A stretch of 32,000 bases of DNA from Cupriavidus necator (GCF_016127575.1 NZ_CP066019.1:2280001-2312000); one strand, 5' to 3'; counted from the stretch's first letter, positions 1 to 8,882 are shown. The notes: generated by a model from the sequence alone, not told the origin. Made by a program: numbers and translations.

Positions 1-2481
1 AACGGCCCTACCCCACTTCACGCTCAGCTGGCCTGCATCCGTCTTCAGCCCGCGCGCAATGATGCGCCCGCCCTGAGCGACAGTGCCGACGCTCTGGCCT
101 TGTGCATCGAAGACCTCCGCCCCGAACGGCAGCGGCTTGCCATCCGGTCTGTTGGCCCGCAGAAGCGCCGCACGGCCAGGGTTGTCGGTCTCGAACTTCA
201 TCTTCACAATCGCGCCTGCGGTCGGCGCCACGTTCTGCTGCGTCGTCTTCAGCTCAACGCTCATGGGCAGCCCCTTCGGGTCGATCTCGATCTGGTTGGT
301 GGCGAATGGCGTCAGGGTCGGCACCACGGCGTGGCCCCAGGGGTCCACGCGCAGGCCGCTGCCGTTGGCCAGGCGCGCACCCGCGGCATCCTTGGCCTCG
401 ATGATGGCCATGGTGTCGCCCACCGTGGGCGTGAAGGCCACGCCCCCCGCATAGGCCACGATGCCGCCGCTGATGCCCAGGCCTGCTTGCGAGAAGTCGC
501 GGCCCTTGCTGGCACTGGCCGTCATGGTCGCCATCGGCGACACATAGCCGACGTTGGCGCCGACAGTGGCTGCATCCCTGGTGTCGCCGCCACCGGTGTA
601 GCCGGCGTTCACGCCGTAGGTGAAGGCGCTGTCCTGGCCCAGGGTGCCGGTCACTGTTTCCTGCAGCGACGTGCCCCCGGTGGAATCGTGGCTCAGGCTG
701 GTCATCGAGTACGGCGCGTGCTGACCCTTGCCCAGCGGGATACCCACGTTGAGCATCACCCGGGTGTCCCACTTGCCTGAGCCGACGTTGAACTGGCGCG
801 ACGCCGAGACGCCATAGTTGATGCGCTTGTAGCTGTTGTTATAGCCCGCCTGGAACTGGGTATCGGAACCGCCGCGGTTCCAGTAGTTCTGCGTGGAGCC
901 GGACAGGTAGAACGAGCCATAGCCTTGCGGCAGCATCTGGTTGATGGTCACCTGCAGGCGCCCGCGCTGGATGCCGCCGAGGAACGTGCCAGGGCCCAGG
1001 CCGCGCTGGTCCAGGTCGCGCAGCGCCATGGCATCGGTCATGCTCAGGTAGCCGCTGCTGGAATAGCGGTAGGCGGCCAGCGTCAGGTTGGTGTTGGTCG
1101 GTGCCACCAGCTTGCTGTACGACAGCCGCATGCTCTGGCCGCTCCGGTTGGGTGCATTCTGCAGGTTGGTCCAGGCCTGGGTCACGTCGGCGCCAAAGGC
1201 GCCGAAGTCCGTGTTCAGCGCCCCGCCGCCCATCACCGCCGTGTAGTCCTGTGCCGCGATGACGCCGCCGTAGCCGGTCAGCATATTGCTGATGCCGTGC
1301 TGAACGGTTGCCTGCATCAGCATCGGCCTGCTCTGGATCGACGTATTGCGGTACTGGCCGACGGTCACGCTGTAGCGCGTGACGCCCGGGCGCAGCGCAT
1401 TGACGGCTGCGGCGTAGGGCACGCGCGAGGTATGGACGCTGCCATCGGCTTCCGTGACCACCACCTCGAGATCGCCGCCGTAGCCGGTCGGATACAGGTC
1501 ATTGATCTCGAATGCGCCGGGGGCAACCGTGGTTTCGTAGATGGTGTTGCCGCCCTGGCGGACCTGCACGCGGGCGTTGCTGTTGGCAATGCCATGGACC
1601 ACCGGCGCATAGCCGCGCTGGGATTCCGGGTACATCCGGTCGTCGCTGGCAATCTGCACGCCACGGAAGCCGAAACTGTCGAACAGGGTGCCGTCGGTGA
1701 AGGCATCGCCGATGATCAGCTGGCTCCTGATCGGCGCAATCGAGCGCTGCAGGTTGGTCTGCACGCTCTGGTAGCGCGTGCCCTCGACGTCGCCGTGCGT
1801 CAGGTTGCCCAGATGGCGAAAGCGCCAGCCACCGAAGTTGAGTCCGGCGTTCACCCCGACGTAGCTCTGCGTGGTCGATATCCCGCTGGAGTCGGAGTGA
1901 TAGACGTTGGCGTTGTACTGCAGGCGCGCCGCGGTCACGCCTTCGTCCCAGTACTTGGGATCGACATAGCCGCGCGCCGAGCGCGACATGGCGATCTGCG
2001 GCACCGAGACGTCCAGGCGCTGCTCGCCGTTGTCGAAGCTGGCCGTGGCATCGGGGATCAGGTCGGGCAGCGACACGCACCCCGTGTCCAGCCGCGCCGA
2101 CGCCTCCGGTGACAACCTGGCCAGGTCCACGCCCATGCGCTCGATCGCGGCACGGTCAAAGCACGGCTGCACGTTGCGGCTGTCTTCGCCCACCTGGCGC
2201 ATCGTCACTTCGGCACGGCCCAACCAGACCTGGTTGACGTACAGCTCTGCGCGATAGTTGCCCGGCAAGGCCACGTTGCCCTTGTTGAAGCGGCTCGCGT
2301 CGATGCGGGCACCGCCGGGCTGCTGCAGGAAGGTGTCGTTGAATTCCACTTCCGCCACCAGCGTCGGCGCGCTGTTACCACCGGGCGCGGCCCATGCCCC
2401 CACGCCGGCGAACAAGGACAATACCACCGCACTGGCCGGACGCAGCCGGGACGGGAAGGAAGAGGTCTTCTGGGTTTTCAT
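1..2481 (-). CDS. Fimbrial outer-membrane usher protein (PapC/FimD family), 3' end truncated by the window edge
   Basis: This gene is missing from the ORF track because it has no stop inside the window. My own minus-strand translation from the ATG at 2481-2479 runs 827 codons to position 1 without a stop. It reads MKTQKTSSFPSRLRPASAVVLSLFAGVGAWA...VEFNDTFLQ...NKGNVALPGNYRAELYVNQVWLGRAEV...DVSVPQIAMSRSARGYVDPKYWDEGV...GSFYLSGSTQNYWNRGGSDTQFQAGYNNSYKRINYGVSASRQ...GRIIARGLKTDAGQLSVKWG. That is typical usher sequence along its full length. The gene lies directly downstream of a PapD-like chaperone. Confidence 0.9.
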   Translation of the reverse strand, partial: MKTQKTSSFPSRLRPASAVVLSLFAGVGAWAAPGGNSAPTLVAEVEFNDTFLQQPGGARIDASRFNKGNVALPGNYRAELYVNQVWLGRAEVTMRQVGEDSRNVQPCFDRAAIERMGVDLARLSPEASARLDTGCVSLPDLIPDATASFDNGEQRLDVSVPQIAMSRSARGYVDPKYWDEGVTAARLQYNANVYHSDSSGISTTQSYVGVNAGLNFGGWRFRHLGNLTHGDVEGTRYQSVQTNLQRSIAPIRSQLIIGDAFTDGTLFDSFGFRGVQIASDDRMYPESQRGYAPVVHGIANSNARVQVRQGGNTIYETTVAPGAFEINDLYPTGYGGDLEVVVTEADGSVHTSRVPYAAAVNALRPGVTRYSVTVGQYRNTSIQSRPMLMQATVQHGISNMLTGYGGVIAAQDYTAVMGGGALNTDFGAFGADVTQAWTNLQNAPNRSGQSMRLSYSKLVAPTNTNLTLAAYRYSSSGYLSMTDAMALRDLDQRGLGPGTFLGGIQRGRLQVTINQMLPQGYGSFYLSGSTQNYWNRGGSDTQFQAGYNNSYKRINYGVSASRQFNVGSGKWDTRVMLNVGIPLGKGQHAPYSMTSLSHDSTGGTSLQETVTGTLGQDSAFTYGVNAGYTGGGDTRDAATVGANVGYVSPMATMTASASKGRDFSQAGLGISGGIVAYAGGVAFTPTVGDTMAIIEAKDAAGARLANGSGLRVDPWGHAVVPTLTPFATNQIEIDPKGLPMSVELKTTQQNVAPTAGAIVKMKFETDNPGRAALLRANRPDGKPLPFGAEVFDAQGQSVGTVAQGGRIIARGLKTDAGQLSVKWGRAV

Positions 2482-2597
2482 GGGTTTATGCCGGATATCT
2501 GGCCTTGCGCGGGCAAGACTTGCCCCTGCCGCTGGTTGCGGCATCGTCAATCGGAGAAATCAGCTCGGAAGAACGCCGGACGCGGCCCGGCGTGTGG

Positions 2598-3368
2598 TCA
2601 GCGCGAAGCGGCCTTGGTGGCGCTGCTGCCCAGTGCGGCTTCGCCGCTTACGGCGCCGCCGTAGTCATTGATGGCCTTGTAGCGAACCCTGGCTTCGGTG
2701 CCTTGCGCAACATCGCCGGTCAGCGGGAACGTTTTGGCTTCGCCCGGGCCGACCATGCCGCCTTCTTCAAACTTCGCGGTCTTGCCGCCGCCAACCAGTT
2801 CGAGGTTGGCGAAAGAAACGTGATACTTGCTGGGGTTGCTTGCCTCAAGCGCCGGCTTGCCGCCTGCATGGGTGACGCGCCAGCTGATGCTGCCAGGGGC
2901 GTCGTCGGCGTTGCCCTCCAGGCCCGCGGGGCGGAAGAAAAGCTTGATGCGCGAGCGGAAAGCCAGCTGCAGCTTGTTGACATCGGCTTCTTCGGCGGTG
3001 GGCTTTGGCGGGATCTCCAGCACATTGAGCCAGAACACGGATTCGCGGTCCTGCGGCAGTGGCTCGCCGGTGTAGATGATGCGCAGCGTCTGGCCCTTTT
3101 TCGGGTCGATGCGCGACACCGGCGGCGTCACGGTGAACGGTACGTCGATGGACGACGGCGCAGCCTTCGCGTCGCCCTTGTCGATCCACGCCTGCGTCAA
3201 CGCCGGCGACTGACCTTCGTTGGTCAGCTTGATCGTGGTCTCGGTGTCTTTTGCCTTGTAGATGACCCGCGTGCCCGCTATGACCACGGAAGCTTGCGCG
3301 TGCAGCGCGCTCATGAGCCCCAGCGCAATCACGCCGGCGGAAATCAGGGACTTGATGGACGTTTTCAT
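2598..3368 (-). CDS. Periplasmic fimbrial chaperone (PapD-like)
   Basis: This is ORF 2598..3404, trimmed to the ATG at 3368. That start gives the signal peptide MKTSIKSLISAGVIALGLMSALHAQA. It is followed by SVVIAGTRVIYKAKDTETTIKLTNEG...WIDKG...PFTVTPPVSRIDPKKGQTLRIIY...ESVFWLNVLEIPPKP, the classic PapD chaperone motif set. The gene sits between the pilin and usher genes. Confidence 0.9.
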   Translation of the reverse strand: MKTSIKSLISAGVIALGLMSALHAQASVVIAGTRVIYKAKDTETTIKLTNEGQSPALTQAWIDKGDAKAAPSSIDVPFTVTPPVSRIDPKKGQTLRIIYTGEPLPQDRESVFWLNVLEIPPKPTAEEADVNKLQLAFRSRIKLFFRPAGLEGNADDAPGSISWRVTHAGGKPALEASNPSKYHVSFANLELVGGGKTAKFEEGGMVGPGEAKTFPLTGDVAQGTEARVRYKAINDYGGAVSGEAALGSSATKAASR

Positions 3369-3421
3369 GATGGTTGCAGCGGACTTGACCGGGTGAAGCG
3401 GCACACACTCAATATTCGGAA

Positions 3422-3454
3422 GGCGCGGAGCGCGCCGGTAACACGCTCCGCGCC
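3422..3454 (-). terminator. Perfect 11-bp GC-rich stem-loop between the pilin and chaperone genes, a candidate intra-operon attenuator or mRNA stabiliser
   Basis: ggcgcggagcg (3422-3432) pairs perfectly with cgctccgcgcc (3444-3454) around an 11-nt loop. On the minus-strand transcript the next bases are UUCCGAAUAUU. The structure starts 16 nt downstream of the pilin stop. Confidence 0.55.
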
Positions 3455-3469
3455 CTGTGGTACCAGGGC

Positions 3470-4024
3470 TTACTGGTAAGCGATCGAGTACATCACGGTC
3501 GAGTTGGCGGCACCGGCCGTTGCCGCGCCAGTTGCGTAGTACTGTGCGTAGTACTCCAGCTTGGCCGCGCCGCTGTTGATGGCGACTACGCCGGAATTCT
3601 GCGCGGCGTCGGCAAAGCCGGCCTTGATCGGGCTGTTATCGGTGCCGCCGTTCAGCAGGCGGATCTGCACGTTGGTGGCGCCGCCGGCGTCCACGATCAG
3701 GTTACCGGTGGTGGTGTCGGTGGTCGGGCCAGCCTCGAAGTAGGTATGCACGTTGCCGGTGTTCGGCGTGCAGTTGGTCAGGGCGATATAGAACGGCGTC
3801 TGGCCAGCGGTGTCACCAGCCTGGACCAGGGTGGAGGCCGAAACGGTCGGCAGTGTCACGGTAAAGTTCTTGCTGCCCGTGCCGTTGCCGTTGATCGTGC
3901 AGGTCTGGGCGGTGATCTGCCCGTTGAAGGTGATCTGGCCGTCGGCATTTGCGGCATGTGCAAACTGCGCGCCCATGGCGGTACCGGCGACGATCAGAGC
4001 AGCGAGGAGCTTGGTATGGGTCAT
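3470..4024 (-). CDS. Type 1-like fimbrial major subunit (pilin)
   Basis: This is ORF 3470..4099, trimmed to the ATG at 4024. It reads MTHTKLLAALIVAGTAMGAQFAHA (signal peptide), then ANADGQITFNGQITAQTCTINGNG...ALTNCTP...KLEYYAQYYATG...STVMYSIAYQ. It has the Cys pair and the C-terminal donor-strand-acceptor pattern typical of chaperone-usher pilins. It is the first gene of the operon. Confidence 0.85.
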   Translation of the reverse strand: MTHTKLLAALIVAGTAMGAQFAHAANADGQITFNGQITAQTCTINGNGTGSKNFTVTLPTVSASTLVQAGDTAGQTPFYIALTNCTPNTGNVHTYFEAGPTTDTTTGNLIVDAGGATNVQIRLLNGGTDNSPIKAGFADAAQNSGVVAINSGAAKLEYYAQYYATGAATAGAANSTVMYSIAYQ

Positions 4025-4345
4025 GATGGGTGATTCAAATAAGTTGATAGGTAGATGGCTTTCGGATCCAACGGATCCCGCCCCGCCCCGTGCCGCCATT
4101 GAACCGCCAGATCTGTGTTGCAGTTGCCGGTTGCCCCGGGGACAGCTGAACTATATGTATGGCACCTAATGCCACCAATCAGGCAAGCCTTAGATCTTGC
4201 TCGGAATTTTTTCCTTTGCCGCGAACAGCTCGCCGTGGTTCTTATGCGTCATGAGGTGTAAATCTGACTTGCCGGCGCAAGGCAGATGTGCCTGCGAAGA
4301 GCCTGGACGGTGAGGAGACAGGCGCCGGATTGATCTGCATCATGG

Positions 4346-4402
4346 CAGCCGCATTGAAGCGCCGCATCTACGCCAAAGGGTACGCGCCGCTTGCAGCGGC
4401 TG
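4346..4402 (-). terminator. Imperfect long hairpin downstream of the histidine kinase stop, a possible terminator
   Basis: cagccgc (4346-4352) pairs with gcggctg (4396-4402). An inner stem joins aagcgccgc and gcgccgctt with one mismatch, around a loop of about 18 nt. There is no clear U-tract. Confidence 0.3.
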
Positions 4403-4440
4403 CATGGTGCAAAGGCCATCTCCGCAGCATCCGTCCGCCC

Positions 4441-5889
4441 TTAACTGGCCAAAGTCCCGGCCGTGCCAACAGCGCCGTCACACGTCCTGCGCGGCAGGCA
4501 GACCTGCAGCGCCAGCCCGCGCGGCGCCACGTTGTGCGCCGACACCGTGCCGCCATGCGCGGCAATGCCCGCCTGCGCGATGCTGAGACCCAGTCCCGCC
4601 CCGGTCGGATGCCCCGGACCGCTGCGTACGCGGTAGAAGGGTTCGAACAGGCTCGCCAGCGCGTCTTGCGGAACGCCGGGCCCGCCGTCGACGATGGCGA
4701 TCCGGATCGCCGTCTCATCAGCCTGCAGCGTCACGGTCACGGGCGCGGGGGGGTCGGTGTACCGGATCGCATTGCGCAGGATGTTCTCGATGGCGCTGCC
4801 CAGCGTCGCGGCATCTGCGTCGACGATCAGTTCATCCGGGGGAGTCCAGCAGATCGCCACGCCCCGGGCCGCGGCTTCGAAGCGGGCATCGGTGACGATG
4901 ACGTCGAGCAGTTCCGCCAGGTCGATCGGGCGGAGCACCGGCGCCATCGCATGCAGCCGCGCCAGCTGCAGCGTGCGTTCGACCAGCGCGTCGAGCCGTT
5001 CCGTCTCGCGCTCGATGCGCTCGAACTGCAGGTCGAGCATGGCATCGCGCCGCCGCGCCAGTTCCAGCGACAGGCGCAGCCGCCCCAGCGGCGACCGCAG
5101 TTCATGCGCGATATTGCGCAGCAGCTGCTCGCGCCAGTCCATCAGGCGCTGCAGGCGGTCGGCCATGGCATCGAAATCGCGCGCGAGCTGGCCCAGCTCG
5201 TCGGCGCGGCGGGCCAGCACGGGCGGCGTGCGCGTGGCCAGCTCGCCGTCGGCAAGCGCTTGCGTGGCTTCGCGCAGGCGCCGCACGGGGCCGGTGACAT
5301 GCCGCGTCAGCGCCCAGCACAGCGGCGCCGAGACGGCCAGCGCGAACAGGCCTAGGGAGAGCACCACAGGCGACAGGTGCAGCACCTCCCAACGCGACGA
5401 ATCGAACGGCAGGAACAGCATCAGGAGCTCGCCGCCTTGCGGCAGCGCGATGGGTTGCGGGTCCCACCATGACACGCGCGCGCCAGGCCCGGGCACATGC
5501 GCGACAGCATGGCCGATCAACCCCGCGCGCCACATCGGCACCAGCCGGTCGGCCAGGCGGTTGCGCAGCCGCGCCGGCAACGGGCGGCCCAGCAGTTCCT
5601 GCAGCGTGTCGTCGACAATGTAGATGTCCAGCGCCGAGGCGTGCGAATCGATCGCCCGCAGCCAGCGCTCGAGTCCGGGGCGCCCCTGGGTCTGGGCGAC
5701 TTCCAGCGCATCCTCGGTCAGCACCGCGGGGCTCAGGCCATCGAGCGCGTCGAAGCGGTACCAGGCCACCGCGGCCGTCAGCGCCATGCCGATGCCGACG
5801 ATCGCGGCCATGCCCAGCCAGAAGGTCAGGAAGTTGCGCCAGAACAGCGGCAGCGGAAACAGCGCGCGCACGCGGCGGCGCCAGTTCAC
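4441..5889 (-). CDS. Sensor histidine kinase (two TM segments, HAMP, HisKA, HATPase_c), partner of the upstream OmpR-type regulator
   Basis: This is ORF 4441..6192, trimmed to the GTG at 5889. That GTG overlaps the regulator stop as GTGA at 5886-5889. The N-terminus is VNWRRRVRALFPLPLFWRNFLTFWLGMAAIVGIGMALTAAV (TM1). The H-box is LLRNIAHELRSPLGRL, and N/G boxes are present (ENILRNAIRYT, DGGPGV, GAGLGLSIA). Confidence 0.85.
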   Translation of the reverse strand: MNWRRRVRALFPLPLFWRNFLTFWLGMAAIVGIGMALTAAVAWYRFDALDGLSPAVLTEDALEVAQTQGRPGLERWLRAIDSHASALDIYIVDDTLQELLGRPLPARLRNRLADRLVPMWRAGLIGHAVAHVPGPGARVSWWDPQPIALPQGGELLMLFLPFDSSRWEVLHLSPVVLSLGLFALAVSAPLCWALTRHVTGPVRRLREATQALADGELATRTPPVLARRADELGQLARDFDAMADRLQRLMDWREQLLRNIAHELRSPLGRLRLSLELARRRDAMLDLQFERIERETERLDALVERTLQLARLHAMAPVLRPIDLAELLDVIVTDARFEAAARGVAICWTPPDELIVDADAATLGSAIENILRNAIRYTDPPAPVTVTLQADETAIRIAIVDGGPGVPQDALASLFEPFYRVRSGPGHPTGAGLGLSIAQAGIAAHGGTVSAHNVAPRGLALQVCLPRRTCDGAVGTAGTLAS

Positions 5890-6608
5890 GGCGCCTGCAC
5901 CAGCAAATAGCCCTGCCCGCGCAGGTTGCGGATCAGCAGCGGCGAAGTGATGCCGTCCAGCGCCAGCTTGCGGCGCAGCGCGCTGATATGCGTGTCGAGG
6001 CTGCGGTCGTAGCGTTCCGGCGCGCGGCCCAGCGCGAACCGGCCGATCTCGGCGCGCGCAACCACCCGGCCCGGCGCCCGCATCAGGATTTCCAGCACGC
6101 GCTGCTCGGCCCCGGTCAGCGGCGCCTCGGCGTTGCCGTGGATGGCCAGGCCTGATGCCAGGTTCAGGCGCAGCGCGCCAGCCTCCAGCCACGGCGCCTG
6201 TGCGGGCGCGGCAGGCGCGGCGCGGTGGAAACGGCGCAGCACCGCATGCATGCGCGCCTTGAGCTCGCGCGGGCTGAACGGCTTGCTCAGGTAGTCGTCG
6301 GCGCCCAGTTCCAGCCCCAGCACGCGGTCGGCTTCATCGCCGTGCGCGGTGAACATGATCACCGGGCGCTGCGAGCGCGCGCGGTGCAGCCTGAGCAGGT
6401 CCAGGCCGTTGCCGTCGGGGAGCATCAGGTCCAGCAGGGCGACGTCGTAGTCGTTGCGGGCCAGCAGGGTCTCGCCCTGCTGGCGGGTGTGCGCCAGCGT
6501 GACGGTGCAGTGATCGGGCTCCAGGTACTCGCGCAGCATCTGCGCCAGTTCCAGGTCGTCGTCGATCAGCAGCACGCGCGCGAGCGGCGTGTGGAAGCAC
6601 ATCAGCAT
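5886..6608 (-). CDS. OmpR/PhoB-family response regulator (receiver domain plus winged-helix)
   Basis: The receiver domain reads ARVLLIDDDLELAQMLREYLE...DVALLDLMLPDGNGLDLL...PVIMFTAHGDEADRVLGLELGADDYLSKPFSPRELKARMHAVLRR. The trans_reg_C domain reads RVLEILMRAPGRVVARAEI...RSLDTHISALRRKL...IRNLRGQGYLL. The start is uncertain: ATG at 6608 or 6602 is preferred over the TTG at 6665. Confidence 0.85.
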   Translation of the reverse strand: MLMCFHTPLARVLLIDDDLELAQMLREYLEPDHCTVTLAHTRQQGETLLARNDYDVALLDLMLPDGNGLDLLRLHRARSQRPVIMFTAHGDEADRVLGLELGADDYLSKPFSPRELKARMHAVLRRFHRAAPAAPAQAPWLEAGALRLNLASGLAIHGNAEAPLTGAEQRVLEILMRAPGRVVARAEIGRFALGRAPERYDRSLDTHISALRRKLALDGITSPLLIRNLRGQGYLLVQAP

Positions 6609-6660
6609 GCAGCTTGCCGGGGCCTTGCGGACGTGGACGTGGCCGCCGGTCCCCGGTTCC

Positions 6661-6680
6661 GTCAAGAAACGTCAAGAAAA
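6661..6680. repeat. Two tandem 10-bp direct repeats, GTCAAGAAAC and GTCAAGAAAA, in the divergent promoter region
   Basis: The sequence gtcaagaaac gtcaagaaaa was read directly at 6661-6680, with 19/20 identity. On the minus strand it reads TTTTCTTGAC GTTTCTTGAC. One helical turn of spacing is the geometry used by OmpR/PhoB-family regulators. Confidence 0.5.
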
Positions 6681-6731
6681 CAAAAGCTATCCAAAGTGAC
6701 TGGTAGGCACCTTCATCTCGAATTTTAATAT

Positions 6732-6750
6732 GAGAATGATTGTTATTTAC
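6732..6750 (+). promoter_or_regulatory. Fur-box-like operator upstream of the TonB-dependent receptor
   Basis: GAGAATGATTGTTATTTAC matches the 19-bp Fur consensus GATAATGATAATCATTATC at 13 of 19 positions by hand alignment. It lies in an AT-rich patch with a TAATAT -10-like hexamer at 6726-6731, immediately 5' of a TonB-dependent receptor gene. Confidence 0.5.
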
Positions 6751-6764
6751 AGAAGACAGGGAAA

Positions 6765-8828
6765 ATGATGAAGTTCAGGCAGGTCGCCGGGATCGGGGCG
6801 GCAACAAGAGCGGCGGCAGGGTTGCCAGCACCGGCGGGCGTACAACGGGGTCAATGGATGCGGATGCTGGCGGCGGCATGCGCCGCCTCCGGCATGACGG
6901 GAGCCTGGGCACAGGCGCAGGCGCTGAAGACGGAAGCCACCCTCGCCACCGTGGTGGTGACGGCGGCCGGCAGTGAGCAGGACATCCGCGACGCGCCCGC
7001 GTCGATCAGCGTGGTCACGCGCAAAGACCTGGAGAACAAGGCCTATCGCGACATCAACGATGCGCTGGTGGAAGTGCCAGGCGTAATCGTCAGCGGCGGC
7101 GGCGACCGGACCGACATCAGCCTGCGCGGCATGGGCGCCAAGTACACCCAGATCCTGATCGACGGCAAGCGCCAGAACTCGCGTGAGACCCGCACCAACT
7201 CCGACTCGTCCGGCGTGGAAAGCAGCTGGACGCCGCCGCTGTCCGCGATCGAGCGCATCGAGGTGGTGCGCGGGCCGATGTCGTCGCTGTACGGCTCCGA
7301 CGCCATGGGCGGTGTGATCAACATCATCACGCGCAAGGTGCCCAGGACGTGGACGGGCGAGTTGCGCGGCGACGCCACGCTGCAGGAGAACAGCGACTCC
7401 GGCAATCTCTACCAGGGCAACTTCTACCTGGCCGGGCCGCTCAAGAGCGAGCTGCTGGGCCTGCAGCTGTACGGCCAGAGCACGCACCGCATCGAAGACG
7501 ATATCGACTACGGCTTCCGCGGCCGCCGCGCCGAGAGCCTGACCGCCAAGCTGGCGCTGACGCCCACGCGCAACCACGACATCGTGTTCGAGGCCACCGG
7601 CATGCGCCAGCTGCGCAGCGAGACCGTGGGCAAGACCGTGCCGCCGCTGCCGCCCGGCACCGCCTGCCCGCGCTCCGGCTGCCCCACCTCCTCCGAGACC
7701 GACTACCGCAGCGAGAAGTACGCGCTGTCGCATACCGGCCGCTGGGGCTTCGGCGTCTCCGACAGCTATATCCAGCAGGAGGAGTTCGACAACCGCAGCC
7801 GCCGGATGAAGATCAAGAACCTGGACCTGCGCACCAGCTGGGCCATGCCACTGGGCAACCATATGCTGTCGGTTGGCGGCGAATACCTGAACCAGCGCCT
7901 GAACGACCAGACCGGCAACCAGATCGCCGGCGGCCCGAACCAGGTCGAGCGCTACCAGTGGGCGCTGTTTGCCGAGGACGAGTGGCGCCTGGCGCAGAGC
8001 TTTGCCCTGACCGGCGGCGTGCGCATGGATCACGACCAGAACTTCGGCCAGCACTACAGCCCGCGCTTGTACGGCGTGTGGCATGCGGCCGAGCGCTGGA
8101 CGGTCAAGGGCGGGGTGTCGACCGGCTTCCGTGCGCCGGACCTGCGCCAGACCGTGGCCGGCTGGGGCCAGACCAGCCGCGGCGGCAATATGTACGGCAA
8201 CCCCGACCTGAAGCCCGAGACGATGTTGTCGCAGGAACTGGGCCTGCTCTATGACAAGGGCAACGGCCTGCAGGCGGGCGTGACGCTGTTCAACAACGAC
8301 TTCAAGGACAAGATCACGCGCGTCGCCTGCCCGGCCACGCAGTGCACCGACGCACCTAACCGGTTCGGCGCCAACCCGACCACCTACATGAACGTGGACC
8401 GCGCCTACTCGCGCGGGGTGGAAGCCAGCCTGCGCTGGCCGATCGCGCAAGCGTGGTCGCTGACCGGCAGCTATACCTATACCAAGTCGGAACAGAAGAG
8501 CGGCCAGTACCAGGGCCAGCCGCTGAACCAGTTGCCGATGCACCTGCTGGTGGCCACGCTGAACTGGCGGCCGAGCGAGAAGATCAACGCCTGGGCGCGC
8601 GTCAACTACCGCGGCAAGGAAAGCCAGCCGATCACGGGGCCGTCATCCAGCACCGTGGTGGCGCCGTCGTACACCTTTGTCGACCTGGGGGCGACCTACA
8701 CGGTTACCAGGAACGTGTCGGTGTTTGCCGGGATCTACAACCTCTTCGACAAGCAGGTGAACTACACCGACTATGGGCATGTCGAGGATGGGCGCCGGTA
8801 CTGGATGAGTGTGTCCGTGAAATTTTGA
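6765..8828 (+). CDS. TonB-dependent outer-membrane receptor (CirA/FepA-like, probably iron-siderophore)
   Basis: The plug domain reads TVVVTAAGSEQDIRDAPASISVVTRKDLE...GDRTDISLRGMGAKYTQILIDGKRQ...IERIEVVRGPMSSLYGSDAMGGVINIITR. The barrel ends ...RRYWMSVSVKF with a terminal aromatic residue. An alternative start at the ATG at 6858 gives a conventional signal peptide, MRMLAAACAASGMTGAWA/QA. Confidence 0.9.
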   Translation: MMKFRQVAGIGAATRAAAGLPAPAGVQRGQWMRMLAAACAASGMTGAWAQAQALKTEATLATVVVTAAGSEQDIRDAPASISVVTRKDLENKAYRDINDALVEVPGVIVSGGGDRTDISLRGMGAKYTQILIDGKRQNSRETRTNSDSSGVESSWTPPLSAIERIEVVRGPMSSLYGSDAMGGVINIITRKVPRTWTGELRGDATLQENSDSGNLYQGNFYLAGPLKSELLGLQLYGQSTHRIEDDIDYGFRGRRAESLTAKLALTPTRNHDIVFEATGMRQLRSETVGKTVPPLPPGTACPRSGCPTSSETDYRSEKYALSHTGRWGFGVSDSYIQQEEFDNRSRRMKIKNLDLRTSWAMPLGNHMLSVGGEYLNQRLNDQTGNQIAGGPNQVERYQWALFAEDEWRLAQSFALTGGVRMDHDQNFGQHYSPRLYGVWHAAERWTVKGGVSTGFRAPDLRQTVAGWGQTSRGGNMYGNPDLKPETMLSQELGLLYDKGNGLQAGVTLFNNDFKDKITRVACPATQCTDAPNRFGANPTTYMNVDRAYSRGVEASLRWPIAQAWSLTGSYTYTKSEQKSGQYQGQPLNQLPMHLLVATLNWRPSEKINAWARVNYRGKESQPITGPSSSTVVAPSYTFVDLGATYTVTRNVSVFAGIYNLFDKQVNYTDYGHVEDGRRYWMSVSVKF

Positions 8829-8882
8829 AGGTGGCTGTTCTTGTTGTTGCCATGCGATTCGGCTGTGGCTCTTGGCAGGCGT

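Noticed and set aside
100-2112. Long plus-strand ORFs (83..454, 100..780, 925..2112) and minus-strand off-frame ORFs inside the first 2.4 kb
   Set aside because: They overlap the continuous 827-codon usher reading frame on the minus strand. Their translations are Arg/Ala/Gly/His-rich with no recognisable motifs. They are typical high-GC shadow ORFs.
5890-6192. The 101-codon N-terminal extension of the histidine kinase ORF (track ORF 4441..6192)
   Set aside because: The extension lies entirely inside the response-regulator gene in another frame and is Arg/Ala/Gly/Pro-rich. A GTG at 5889 overlapping the regulator stop (GTGA) gives a normal kinase N-terminus with TM1.
6747-8543. A 598-aa minus-strand ORF antisense to the TonB receptor. 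Similar antisense ORFs occur at 9141..10334, 10552..12030, 12427..13848, 16003..17316, 22705..25023, 26412..27380, 27567..28952, 29666..30460 and 30833..31981
   Set aside because: Each lies opposite a gene with clear family motifs and has low-complexity Arg/Ala/Gly/His/Gln composition. They are artefacts of high GC content, not genes.
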